DNA of 36,363 nt, taken from an uncultured Chryseobacterium sp. GTDB lineage: Bacteria; Bacteroidota; Bacteroidia; Flavobacteriales_F; PHOS-HE28. This document shows positions 24,067-32,719 of the stretch, in pieces. The stretch is taken from positions 1-36,363 of the forward strand of contig CAZFBP010000001.1 of the NCBI GenBank assembly GCA_964517255.1, read 5' to 3'. The notes beneath the pieces are model-generated. The model saw only the letters and a list, made by a program, of their open reading frames with translations, was not told the DNA's origin and made no database searches. A program made the position numbers and the translations under genes. Each line of letters begins with the position of its first letter. The stretch's first letter is position 1.

Positions 24067-24702
24067 CTATTCCACCTCCGGCTTGTCCACCCCGAGCATC
24101 AGCGAATCGGCGTTCACATAGCGCACGCTGATGCCCTCGCCGTGCTGCCTCCGCCATTTCTCCACGTTCCGCGCGAGCCGCACCGATTGCCGCCCCATGA
24201 AGTAGGTCCAGTAAACGAGCAGGTGGCCTTTCGTGCCATCCGCCATCTGCGGCACACGGCCGGAATAACGTTCCCGCATGTACGCGAGGTCGTCGCTCAC
24301 CGTCCACGCGCTGTCGGCGTAGGCGCGGCTGCGTTGCTGCGGGTACAGGGTGTCCGGCAGGCCGAAATGTCTCCATTGCAGGTTGGGGAAGCCGCCCACA
24401 TCGCAGTTGGGCACCAGCCATTGCATACGGCCCCCTGCGCTGTACCAGCGCAGCTGCAGCGGCTGGTACTTGGCCTGCGTGTGCTTCTCGGGTTCCTTGC
24501 CACGCCGCTCTTCGATGCGGTAGGCGTAGCAGTGCGCGAGCATGAGGTACTCCGCCGAGTCAATGCGCATACGCTGGGCCAGGCGGTCCTTCATCGGCTG
24601 GGTGACGTTCCGCTCGTAGGGATGAATGCCGCCAAGGCCAACGAAGATGCGGTTGCACGCGGTGAGCGTCAGCAACAAGAGAGCGCATGCTGATCCGCGC
24701 AT
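24067..24702 (-). CDS. Hypothetical lipoprotein
   Basis: Lipobox LLLLTLTAC at the N-terminus, GC3-rich codons, no recognisable catalytic motif. Confidence 0.5.
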   Translation of the reverse strand: MRGSACALLLLTLTACNRIFVGLGGIHPYERNVTQPMKDRLAQRMRIDSAEYLMLAHCYAYRIEERRGKEPEKHTQAKYQPLQLRWYSAGGRMQWLVPNCDVGGFPNLQWRHFGLPDTLYPQQRSRAYADSAWTVSDDLAYMRERYSGRVPQMADGTKGHLLVYWTYFMGRQSVRLARNVEKWRRQHGEGISVRYVNADSLMLGVDKPEVE

Positions 24703-24774
24703 GCCACGAAGCTAACGCGACGCTCCGCACCTTTGGCCCGCCGCCTCCGCCAGATGCGCCAGGGCGACTCTCCG

Positions 24775-25389
24775 ATGTTCGACCTCCCCCAGATCGGCAA
24801 GGCCTTCCTGATCCTTTTCGCGGTGATCGACATCGTGGGCGGCATCCCGCTCATCCTGCAGGTGCGCCAGAAAGCGGGCAAGATCTACCCCGCCCGCGCC
24901 ACCCTGGTGAGCCTGGGCATCATGATCACCTTCCTCTACCTGGGCGAGACCATACTCAACGTCCTCGGAATCGATGTGCGCAGCTTCGCCGTGGCGGGCG
25001 CTTTCGTGCTCTTCTTCGTGGCGCTGGAGATGATCCTGGGCGTGCGCCTCTTCAAGGAGGACCTCAGCGCTCCCGGCCTCACCCAAGGCGAGGACGACCA
25101 CAAGGTCTTCAGCATCGTGCCGCTGGCCTTCCCGGTGATCGCCGGCGCGGGCACCATCACCACCGTGCTCTCCTTGCGCGCCGAATTCGACCGCCCCAAC
25201 ATCCTGGTGGCCATCCTCCTCAACATGATTCCCGTGGTGCTCGTGCTTCTCCTTACCAACCGCATCGAGCGCCTGCTGGGCCGCGTGGGCCTCATCGTGA
25301 TCAAGAAGGCCTTCGGCATCATCCTGCTCGCCATCAGCGTGAAGCTCTTCGCCGGCAACATCCCCTACCTCTTCCCGCACGTGCCATGA
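24775..25389 (+). CDS. MarC-family (UPF0056) integral membrane protein
   Basis: The N-terminus FLILFAVIDIVGGIPLIL and the later PLAFPVIAGAGTITTV match the MarC pattern. There are 6 predicted TM segments. The stop overlaps the rnhA ATG. Alternative starts lie at 24754 and 24733. Confidence 0.7.
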   Translation: MFDLPQIGKAFLILFAVIDIVGGIPLILQVRQKAGKIYPARATLVSLGIMITFLYLGETILNVLGIDVRSFAVAGAFVLFFVALEMILGVRLFKEDLSAPGLTQGEDDHKVFSIVPLAFPVIAGAGTITTVLSLRAEFDRPNILVAILLNMIPVVLVLLLTNRIERLLGRVGLIVIKKAFGIILLAISVKLFAGNIPYLFPHVP

Positions 25390-25865
25390 GCGTGACCATT
25401 TACTCCGACGGCGCGGCCAGCGGCAATCCGGGGCCCGGCGGCTATGGCGTGGTGCTGGAGAGCGGCCAGCACCGCAAGGAGCTCTGGGGCGGATACCGCA
25501 TGACCACCAACAACCGCATGGAGCTGCTGGCGGTGATCGTGGGCCTGGAAGCGCTCAAGAGCCCCGGCACGGAAGTGACGGTGGTGAGCGACAGCAAGTA
25601 CGTGGTCGATTCGGTGGAGAAGGGCTGGGTCTTCGATTGGGAGAAGAAGGGCTTCGCCAAGAAGAAGAACCCCGATCTCTGGAAGCGCTTCCTCCAGGGG
25701 TACCGCAAGCACAAGGTGCGCTTCCACTGGATCCGCGGGCACAATGGCCACGAGCAGAACGAGCTGTGCGACCGATTGGCCGTGGCCGCGCGCGAGCAGC
25801 CCGCGAGCATGCTGGCGGTGGATGAGGCGTATGAGCAAGGGGATCCCGAACTCTTCGGCGGCTGA
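25386..25865 (+). CDS. rnhA: Ribonuclease HI
   Basis: Internal ATG of ORF 24687..25865. The DEDD residues sit in the expected context (IYSDGAASGNPGPGGYG, TNNRMELLAV, VVSDSKYV, NELCDRLA). Confidence 0.9.
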   Translation: MSVTIYSDGAASGNPGPGGYGVVLESGQHRKELWGGYRMTTNNRMELLAVIVGLEALKSPGTEVTVVSDSKYVVDSVEKGWVFDWEKKGFAKKKNPDLWKRFLQGYRKHKVRFHWIRGHNGHEQNELCDRLAVAAREQPASMLAVDEAYEQGDPELFGG

Positions 25866-25934
25866 GCTGAGGTCGCGAGCGCGCAACAGCCCACTGAAGG
25901 GCCTTAGTTTCGCAGCCCCGTTCGCGCGAAGCGG

Positions 25935-26477
25935 ATGGCCTCAACAACCAGCATCATGCTCAGCAAGAAGATCGAAGCGGCCCTCAACGGCCAGGTGGCC
26001 GTGGAGGCCGCCAGCAGCCAAGCCTACCTCGCCATGGCCTCGTGGGCCGAGAACCAGGGCCTTCAAGGGACCGCCGCCTTCCTCTACCGCCACAGCGATG
26101 AGGAGCGCCTGCACATGCTCAAGCTCATCAAGTTCATCAACGAGCGCGGCGGCCGTGCCGTGGTGCCCGCGCTGAAGCAGCCCGGCACCAAGTACAAGGC
26201 CATCACCGATGTGTTCCAGGCCCTGCTCGATCACGAGACCATCGTGACCAACGAGATCAACGGCGTGGTGGACCTCTGCCTGAAAGAGAAGGACTACACC
26301 ACGCACAACTTCATGCAGTGGTACGTGGGCGAGCAGATCGAGGAAGAGGCGCTGGCGCGCACGCTCATCGACAAGCTGAACCTGATCGGCAACGACAAAG
26401 GCGGCCTTTACCTCTTCGACCGCGACCTCGAAGGGATGAAAGGCGCGCAGGGCGGCAACGCCAGGGGCGGACAGTGA
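25935..26477 (+). CDS. ftnA: Non-heme ferritin
   Basis: MLSKKIEAALNGQVAVEAASSQAYLAMASWAE...HSDEERLHMLKLIKFINERGG...EQIEEEA carries the ferroxidase-centre Glu/His pattern. By homology the start may be the ATG at 25956. Confidence 0.85.
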   Translation: MASTTSIMLSKKIEAALNGQVAVEAASSQAYLAMASWAENQGLQGTAAFLYRHSDEERLHMLKLIKFINERGGRAVVPALKQPGTKYKAITDVFQALLDHETIVTNEINGVVDLCLKEKDYTTHNFMQWYVGEQIEEEALARTLIDKLNLIGNDKGGLYLFDRDLEGMKGAQGGNARGGQ

Positions 26478-26496
26478 TCCACGCAGAGCGATTCGC

Positions 26497-26526
26497 ACGA
26501 GGGCGCTGAGCATTCAGCGCCCTCGT
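26497..26526. terminator. Bidirectional hairpin terminator between ferritin and the M28 peptidase gene
   Basis: ACGAGGGCGCTGA-GCAT-TCAGCGCCCTCGT forms a perfect 13-bp stem between convergent stops (26477 and 26530). Confidence 0.65.
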
Positions 26527-26529
26527 CGT

Positions 26530-28017
26530 TCATGGCCAGGGCCAATCGCCGCCGATGCGCAACGGTTGCTCCAGGCCGGAATCGATGAGCCGCTGCTTCA
26601 AGGCTCCTTCGGTGAAATGCGGCGGCAGCGCTTCCTCTGCCGCGAGCAGGTAGGCCAACGCGCCCACGAAGCGCACGTTGTCCACCATGGCCTGCGGATC
26701 CACCAGGTGCAAGTCGTCACAACTGCTGTGGTAGCAGCCATAGACATGCTTGCCCAGATCGCTGAGCGGATAGATCACCGGCACGCCCGCCATAAGGAAG
26801 GGCTGGTGGTCGCTGTGCAGCCACACCTCTTCGCTCACGCGTCCCGCGAATGCCGCGCTGTCGACGGCGCGGATCGAATCCGACGCGCGCTTCAGCAGAT
26901 CCCCCCATCCCTGCGGCCCGCCCACTCCGAACCCTTGCGGGTGCCCGCTCATGTCCAGGTTGATCATGCACTTCACGCGGTTCAGCTCGCCTGTGGCGCG
27001 GTACGCTTCGACCAGCGCGCGCGAGCCCAGCAGCCCCTGCTCTTCGCCCATGAAGAGCACGAAACGGATGGTGCGCTCCGGCTTGAAGGGCATCGCGGCC
27101 ATGGCCCGCGCCATGTCGAGGATGGAGAAGGAGCCTAATCCATTGTCGGTGGCGCCCGTGGCCAGGTCCCAGCTATCGAGGTGGCCGCCGATCACAAGCA
27201 CCTCATCGGGCTTCTTCGTTCCGGGGATCTCCGCAATGATGTTGCTGGCCGTGACCACGGCGCTGGTGTTGCGCATGCCCAAGCGCGCAGTGAGCGCTTG
27301 ACCCGCGCGGAGACGCTCGCGCAGCGCAGTGCCATCCTCCGTGGCGATGCAAGCCGCTGGCACGGGGATCAGCGCGCCATCGATGGACGCCGTGCCGGTG
27401 AGCAGCACATGCCCTTCGGCCTGATTCACGAAGACCAGCGCGGCCGCGCCACGGTCCATGGCCAGTTTGGCCTTCTCGCTCCGGTGCAGGTTCCGCTCTC
27501 CCTCGGTGGCGGCCACCAGCCCGATGTTCACCAGCAGCGCCGCGCCCCTGATGCGGTCGCCGAGGCTGTCGAGGTCCGTTGGAAGTCCGTTGCGCGCGTC
27601 GATCAGCGGTGCTTCCACCGAAGCCTCCAGCGGCGTGTTGGCGAGCGCCACGGCCTGCACATGCAGGAAGCCCTCGCCATCGCCCACGGTGAGCTGCACG
27701 CTGCCGCGCGACCAGGCCTGCGCGGTGAAGGGGAAGCGCTTCACCACGGGCAGGCCGCCCAGACGGAAGAGGCTGTCGGCCGCGGCCTGGGCCTGCTCGC
27801 CCTGCGGGCTGCCGGTGAGGCGGTGGCCGATGCGCTCGGAGCTCCAACGCAGCCAGCGATAGCCCATGGCATCGGTCTGCGCTGCGCGGTCGAAGGCCGA
27901 CTGCATCGCGCTCTGGGCCGATGCGTCAACAGAAACGTGTTGACAGACCGCGAGGAGCAGCGCCGGGGCGAGGCGCGCGCGGCGGATACTTTGCAACGGG
28001 GCGGGGGTACTCGGCAT
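26530..28017 (-). CDS. M28-family aminopeptidase with a PA-domain insertion, secreted
   Basis: ATG at 28017 gives a signal-like N-terminus (MPSTPAPLQSIRRARLAPALLLAVCQHVSVDASAQS). Metal ligand blocks are present (VIGGHLDSWDLATGATDNGLG, FVLFMGEEQGLLGS, INLDMSG, HSDHQPF). Confidence 0.78.
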   Translation of the reverse strand: MPSTPAPLQSIRRARLAPALLLAVCQHVSVDASAQSAMQSAFDRAAQTDAMGYRWLRWSSERIGHRLTGSPQGEQAQAAADSLFRLGGLPVVKRFPFTAQAWSRGSVQLTVGDGEGFLHVQAVALANTPLEASVEAPLIDARNGLPTDLDSLGDRIRGAALLVNIGLVAATEGERNLHRSEKAKLAMDRGAAALVFVNQAEGHVLLTGTASIDGALIPVPAACIATEDGTALRERLRAGQALTARLGMRNTSAVVTASNIIAEIPGTKKPDEVLVIGGHLDSWDLATGATDNGLGSFSILDMARAMAAMPFKPERTIRFVLFMGEEQGLLGSRALVEAYRATGELNRVKCMINLDMSGHPQGFGVGGPQGWGDLLKRASDSIRAVDSAAFAGRVSEEVWLHSDHQPFLMAGVPVIYPLSDLGKHVYGCYHSSCDDLHLVDPQAMVDNVRFVGALAYLLAAEEALPPHFTEGALKQRLIDSGLEQPLRIGGDWPWP

Positions 28018-28045
28018 GGGATCGGACAAGAGCGCGACCAAATCT

Positions 28046-28600
28046 ATGCGAAGGGCATCGGCTGAACTGCCGTTCTGGAGGCTCGGGCTGCTGCTGCCCC
28101 TGCTGCTATGCAGCGCCACGCAGCAGCCGCGCGACTCGGAGAAGGACACCACCTCGATCCTGCAGGCCAACTACATCTACAACATCGCCAAGCTGGTGGA
28201 GTGGAAGGACGAGGGCATGCGGCAGGGCAACTTCATCGTGGGCGTGCTGGGCGGCGCCAACCTGTACCAGGAGCTCATCAAGCAGTACAGCACGCGCACC
28301 ATCGGCAAGCAGCCCATCGAGGTGCGCAAACTGCCGCGCACGGCCGAGGTGGAGCGCTGCCACATCCTGTTCGTGGGCAAGAGCGAACTGGGACTGCTGC
28401 CCGAGATCTACAAGCGCAACCACGGCAAGCCCACCATGGTGGTCACCGAGTACGCCGGCGCGCTGGAGGATGGCGCGGTGGTGAACTTCGTGAAGGTGGA
28501 GAATATGCTGAAGTACGAGCTGAGCATGGCCAACGCCAAGACGCACGGACTGGTGGTCGGCCTCACCCTCAAGAACCTCGCGCACCGCGTGCAGGAATGA
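28046..28600 (+). CDS. YfiR-family (DUF4154) periplasmic protein
   Basis: A signal peptide is present (MRRASAELPFWRLGLLLPLLLCSA). The body (ILQANYIYNIAKLVEW...FIVGVLG...CHILFVG...TMVVTE...GAVVNFVKVENMLKYELSMANAKTHGLVVGLTLKNLA) follows the YfiR pattern. An alternative ATG lies at 28016. Confidence 0.75.
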   Translation: MRRASAELPFWRLGLLLPLLLCSATQQPRDSEKDTTSILQANYIYNIAKLVEWKDEGMRQGNFIVGVLGGANLYQELIKQYSTRTIGKQPIEVRKLPRTAEVERCHILFVGKSELGLLPEIYKRNHGKPTMVVTEYAGALEDGAVVNFVKVENMLKYELSMANAKTHGLVVGLTLKNLAHRVQE

Positions 28601-29487
28601 CCATGAAGCCCCGCGCCCTCCTCTTGCTGCTGCTCGCCCTCCCGGCGCTTGCGCTGCGCGCGCAGGACCCGCTGGTGGAGGCCTTGCGCAAGTACCAGGC
28701 GGGCGACCTGCAAGGCGCGCGCGAAATGGTGGACAAGGCCGTGGGGTCGGAGCAGCATGGTGGAAATGCGGAGGCCTGGCTCCTGCGGGGCTTCGTGTAC
28801 AAGGACCTGTACAAGGCGAAGGCCGGCACCGCCGAGGGCGATGCGGCGCGCGACACCGCGCTGGCCAGCCTGCACCGCACCCTGCGCATCGACAAGGACA
28901 GCACCTACCGCGACAATGCCGTGCAGGCCTACGAGTTCCTCTCGCGATCCTGCTACAACGAAGCCGCCAAGGCCCTGGCAGAAGGGCAGGACACCCGCGC
29001 CGTGACGCTCTACGACACCTATCGCGAGAGCGTGCTCCTGCTCAACCCCACGGCCGACATGCGCGCCCGCCAGGCCGAGTTCGCCAATGCGCTCGGCACG
29101 CTCTACACCCGGCGCTTCAACGAGGACCGCACGCGCACCGAATGGTTCGAGAAGGCCACCGACACCTACCGCGGCGTGCTGCGCATCGACCCCGAGAACT
29201 ACGGCGCCAACTACAACCTGGCCACGCTCTTCTACAACATGGGCGTGTACCGCATCCGCGCGCTGCAGGCCGAGGCCGACATCATCACCATGCAGCAGGT
29301 GCAGGAAGTGGCCCGCGAGTACTTCCAGCTGGCCCTGCCCTTCATGCTGAAGGCGCACGACATGAACCCCGGCCGGCGCGAGACGATCCTGGGCCTCGAG
29401 GGCATCTACTACAGCCTGCAGGACGAGATGAACTCGGAGAAGTTCCGCCAGCTCTACGAGGCGCTCCCGCCACAAGAGGACCGCTGA
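28597..29487 (+). CDS. Secreted TPR-like helical repeat protein
   Basis: Internal ATG of ORF 28108..29487, overlapping the yfiR-like stop (ATGA). A signal peptide is present (MTMKPRALLLLLLALPALALRAQ). TPR-like segments occur (e.g. ATDTYRGVLRIDPENYGANYNLATLFYNMG). Confidence 0.55.
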   Translation: MTMKPRALLLLLLALPALALRAQDPLVEALRKYQAGDLQGAREMVDKAVGSEQHGGNAEAWLLRGFVYKDLYKAKAGTAEGDAARDTALASLHRTLRIDKDSTYRDNAVQAYEFLSRSCYNEAAKALAEGQDTRAVTLYDTYRESVLLLNPTADMRARQAEFANALGTLYTRRFNEDRTRTEWFEKATDTYRGVLRIDPENYGANYNLATLFYNMGVYRIRALQAEADIITMQQVQEVAREYFQLALPFMLKAHDMNPGRRETILGLEGIYYSLQDEMNSEKFRQLYEALPPQEDR

Positions 29488-29492
29488 GCGCG

Positions 29493-31280
29493 ATGGCCAT
29501 GCGCATCACCATCGGACGGAAAGTCGGCCTGGGCTTCGGGCTCTTCATCTTCTTCGCCCTGCTCGTGGTGCTGCTCACCAACCGCAGCCTGGAGCGCAGC
29601 CGCGAGATCAACGCGGAGATCAACGAGGTGTGCTCGCCCTCGGTGGATGCGCTCGTGGGCCTGCGCAACCTCACGGTGCGCTCGCACATGCTCATCAAGC
29701 ACTGGGCGCTCATCGAGAGCCGCGCCGATGCCCCGGAGAAGACCACCTTGGTGGAGATCACCACCCAGCGCATCCCCGCCGCCCTCGACCAGATCGACAC
29801 CCTGATGGGCCACTGGTCGCAGGATGAAGTGGCCATCCTCACCCAGGTGCACGCGCAGCTCAATGAGCTCCTGAAGCTGCATGACCAGGTCAAGGAGATG
29901 CTGCCCTCGCTGGAGAGCTACAATGACCCCTTCACGCACATGGAGCGCACCGGCCTCGCCGAGGAGGACGGGCCCATCGACCAGCAGACCAACAAGGTGC
30001 TCGCCGAGCTGGACCGGCTGCTGAAACTCCACGAGGACAAGCGTCGCGAGCTCGGCGGCGGCATGATCCGCAGCTTCGACTCACTGAAGTTCTTCGTGCT
30101 CTACATGGGCCTCGCGCTCGTGGTGGTGGGCATCGCCGTGGCGGTGCTCATCATCCGTGGCATCGTGGTGCCGGTGCAACGCCTGCGCTCCATCCTGCTC
30201 AGCCTGGGCCGCGGCGTGTTCCCCCGCACGCGCGTGCGCGTCACCAACGATGAAGTGGGCGACATGAGCCGCGCCCTCACCGCATTGGTGGAAGGGCTTC
30301 GGCGCACCACCGACTTCTCCCATGCCGTGGCCGCCGGCGAATTCAACGCCGAGTACCAGCCCCTGAGCGAGGAGGACGTGCTGGGCCACGCCCTGCTGAA
30401 GATGCGCGACGAGCTCGGCCAGCGCGAGCGCGTGCTGGAGATGAAGGTGGCCGAGCGTACCGAGGAGGTGGTGCGGCAGAAGGAAGAGGTGGAGCGCCAG
30501 AGCCGCAAAGTGGTGGAGCTCTACAAGAACGTCACCGACAGCATCCGCTACGCCAAGCGGCTGCAGGACTCCATCCTTCCGCCCGATCGCCGCATCAAGG
30601 AGCTGCTTCCCGATGCCTTCGTGTATTACCGGCCCAAGGACATCGTGAGCGGCGACTTCTACTGGATGGAGCGCGTGGGCGACCGCGTGCTGTTCGCCGC
30701 CGTTGACTGCACCGGCCATGGCGTGCCGGGCGCCTTCATGAGCCTCATCGGCCACAATGGTCTCAACCAGGCCGCCAAGGAGCGCGGCCTTTTCAAGCCG
30801 GCCGAAGTGCTGGGCGAACTCAACCGCATCGCCTTCGACGCGCTGCACAAGGACCGCGAGCAGCACTTGATCCGCGACGGCATGGACCTGGCGCTCTGCA
30901 GCTACGATCCGCAGAGTCGGGTCCTCGACTACGCCGGCGCCAATTGCCCGCTCTACGTGGTGCGCGATGGCGAGACCATGGCTTTCGCCCCCAACAAGGC
31001 CGCCATCGGCAGCAATGAGTTCGGCGCGAAGGACTTCCTGGAGCACCGCATCGAGCTGCGCCAAGGCGACATGGTGTACGCCTTCTCCGATGGTTACGCC
31101 GATCAGTTCGGCGGGCCCAAGGGCAAGAAATTCCTCTACCGCCGTTTCCGCGAACTATTGGTCGAGGTGAGCGGGCACGCCCCGGACCGCCAGCGCCGCA
31201 TGCTGCACGATGCCTTCAACGCGTGGCGCGGCGCGCATGAGCAGGTGGACGACATCCTGGTGATCGGCCTGCGGGCCTGA
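29493..31280 (+). CDS. Membrane sensor with a periplasmic four-helix-bundle-like domain, HAMP, a coiled coil and a PP2C/SpoIIE phosphatase domain
   Basis: Internal ATG of ORF 29142..31280. TM1 is VGLGFGLFIFFALLVVLL and TM2 is FFVLYMGLALVVVGIAVAVLII. The HAMP region is VVPVQRLRSILLSLGRG...NDEVGDMSRALTALVEGL. SpoIIE blocks are present (DIVSGDFYWME, FAAVDCTGHGVPGAFMS, DGMDLALC, FSDGYADQFGG, DDILVIGLRA). Confidence 0.82.
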   Translation: MAMRITIGRKVGLGFGLFIFFALLVVLLTNRSLERSREINAEINEVCSPSVDALVGLRNLTVRSHMLIKHWALIESRADAPEKTTLVEITTQRIPAALDQIDTLMGHWSQDEVAILTQVHAQLNELLKLHDQVKEMLPSLESYNDPFTHMERTGLAEEDGPIDQQTNKVLAELDRLLKLHEDKRRELGGGMIRSFDSLKFFVLYMGLALVVVGIAVAVLIIRGIVVPVQRLRSILLSLGRGVFPRTRVRVTNDEVGDMSRALTALVEGLRRTTDFSHAVAAGEFNAEYQPLSEEDVLGHALLKMRDELGQRERVLEMKVAERTEEVVRQKEEVERQSRKVVELYKNVTDSIRYAKRLQDSILPPDRRIKELLPDAFVYYRPKDIVSGDFYWMERVGDRVLFAAVDCTGHGVPGAFMSLIGHNGLNQAAKERGLFKPAEVLGELNRIAFDALHKDREQHLIRDGMDLALCSYDPQSRVLDYAGANCPLYVVRDGETMAFAPNKAAIGSNEFGAKDFLEHRIELRQGDMVYAFSDGYADQFGGPKGKKFLYRRFRELLVEVSGHAPDRQRRMLHDAFNAWRGAHEQVDDILVIGLRA

Positions 31281-31284
31281 TCGC

Positions 31285-32124
31285 CTACTGAAAGCTCCAG
31301 CCTCCGCCGGTGCCCGTCTCGCGCGGGTTCATGCACATCACCGGGATCTGCGCCTCATTGGTGATGACTTCCTGCTCGTAGGGCACCCCCAGCACGCCGA
31401 AGATGTTGCCCTGCGACAGGTTCATGATCGTGATCAGGTCGGCATCCACGCTCACGGCGTGCTTGATCACCGCCTGCACGAAATCGCCGCTGTCCTCGGC
31501 CGTGATCACCGCATCATGCTTGATGCCGCGCTCATCGAGGTACTGGTTGGCGAACTTGATGTGATTCTGCAACTGCTTATGCAGGAACTCGTCGTCCTCG
31601 CGCGGCACAACCAAGTGCACCTTGCTGTTGAAGGTGCGCGCCATCTCGGCCACCAAGGTCAGCTTCTGGCGGGTCTCCTTATGCAGGTCAAGCGGAACCA
31701 CGATGCTGTCGTAGCCGCCCTCCTTGATGGGGCGTTCCTGCACCACCACGAAGGGCACGCTGCTGCTGGTGATCACGCGCAGGGCGCGGCTGCCGGTGAT
31801 GAACTGCATGCCGCGCATGCCGTGGGTGCCCATCACGATCAGGTTGGCGCTGATCTCGGCCGCCGCATCGCCGATGTCGTCATAGATGGAGCCGACGCGA
31901 ACCAGCTTATGCACGCGAACGCCTGCTTCCATGGCCTGGGCACGCTCCTGCTCCATTTCCAGCTTGCGCCGTGTCACCTCCGTCTCATCCTGATTGGCCA
32001 CCACGTGCAGGAGGTAAACCTCGGCGCCCGTGTGCTTGGCCAGCCGCATGGCATGGGCCATGGCATTGTCGGCCACCTTGGTGAAGTCGGTGGGCACCAG
32101 GATCTTATTGGTCGTTCCGCTCAT
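31285..32124 (-). CDS. Universal stress protein, tandem Usp domains
   Basis: There are two Usp-like halves (KILVPTDFT...LLHVV...IVMGTHG.....GSRALRVITSSSVPFVVV and SIVVPLDL...). Confidence 0.8.
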   Translation of the reverse strand: MSGTTNKILVPTDFTKVADNAMAHAMRLAKHTGAEVYLLHVVANQDETEVTRRKLEMEQERAQAMEAGVRVHKLVRVGSIYDDIGDAAAEISANLIVMGTHGMRGMQFITGSRALRVITSSSVPFVVVQERPIKEGGYDSIVVPLDLHKETRQKLTLVAEMARTFNSKVHLVVPREDDEFLHKQLQNHIKFANQYLDERGIKHDAVITAEDSGDFVQAVIKHAVSVDADLITIMNLSQGNIFGVLGVPYEQEVITNEAQIPVMCMNPRETGTGGGWSFQ

Positions 32125-32348
32125 GGTCCTTGCTGATTCGGTTTGTTCCTGTTCCGTTGCGTGGCGAATGTAGAGCGCAGGCCGTTGCGGAGAGAGATGC
32201 CGCAGGGCGCTTCAACCGTAAAACAAATGCGGGCAAACGCAGATGAACGCCTGTAAGCGGGTTTCACACGGATCGCGCCTCGGTCAAGGGCTCCTTTTGT
32301 CCCCGGAAGGCTGGCTCAGTAGCCGGTCAGAAACAAGAAGTCACAACC

Positions 32349-32717
32349 ATGACGACGATGAAGAACAAGGTGCAGCTCATTGGCCATGTCGGGAACGACC
32401 CCGAACTGAAGAACGTGGGCAGCAATGGCACGGCCATGCTGCGCTTGCGGCTGGCCACCAACGAGCGTTTCAAGGCCGCTGCGGGCGAATGGAAGGAGGA
32501 CACGCAATGGCACCCGGTGGTGGTGTGGGGCAAGCAGGCCGAGCGAATGGCCGCCCAAGTGCGGAAGGGCAGCGGCCTGCTCCTGGAGGGGCGCCTGGTG
32601 CACAGCACCTACGAGGCCAAGGACGGCAGCAAGCGCGTGAGCACCGATGTGGTCCTTACCGACTACCAGTTGCTGGCGCCGAAGACAGAGGCTGTTCTAG
32701 CCGAGGCCGAGCAGTAA
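32349..32717 (+). CDS. ssb: Short single-stranded DNA-binding protein paralog (OB fold only, no acidic C-terminal tip)
   Basis: KNKVQLIGHVGNDPELK......LRLATNE.......DTQWHPVVVWGKQAE.....RKGSGLLLEGRLVHSTYEAKDGSKR is the SSB OB-fold pattern. The protein ends in ...AVLAEAEQ. Confidence 0.8.
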   Translation: MTTMKNKVQLIGHVGNDPELKNVGSNGTAMLRLRLATNERFKAAAGEWKEDTQWHPVVVWGKQAERMAAQVRKGSGLLLEGRLVHSTYEAKDGSKRVSTDVVLTDYQLLAPKTEAVLAEAEQ

Positions 32718-32719
32718 GC

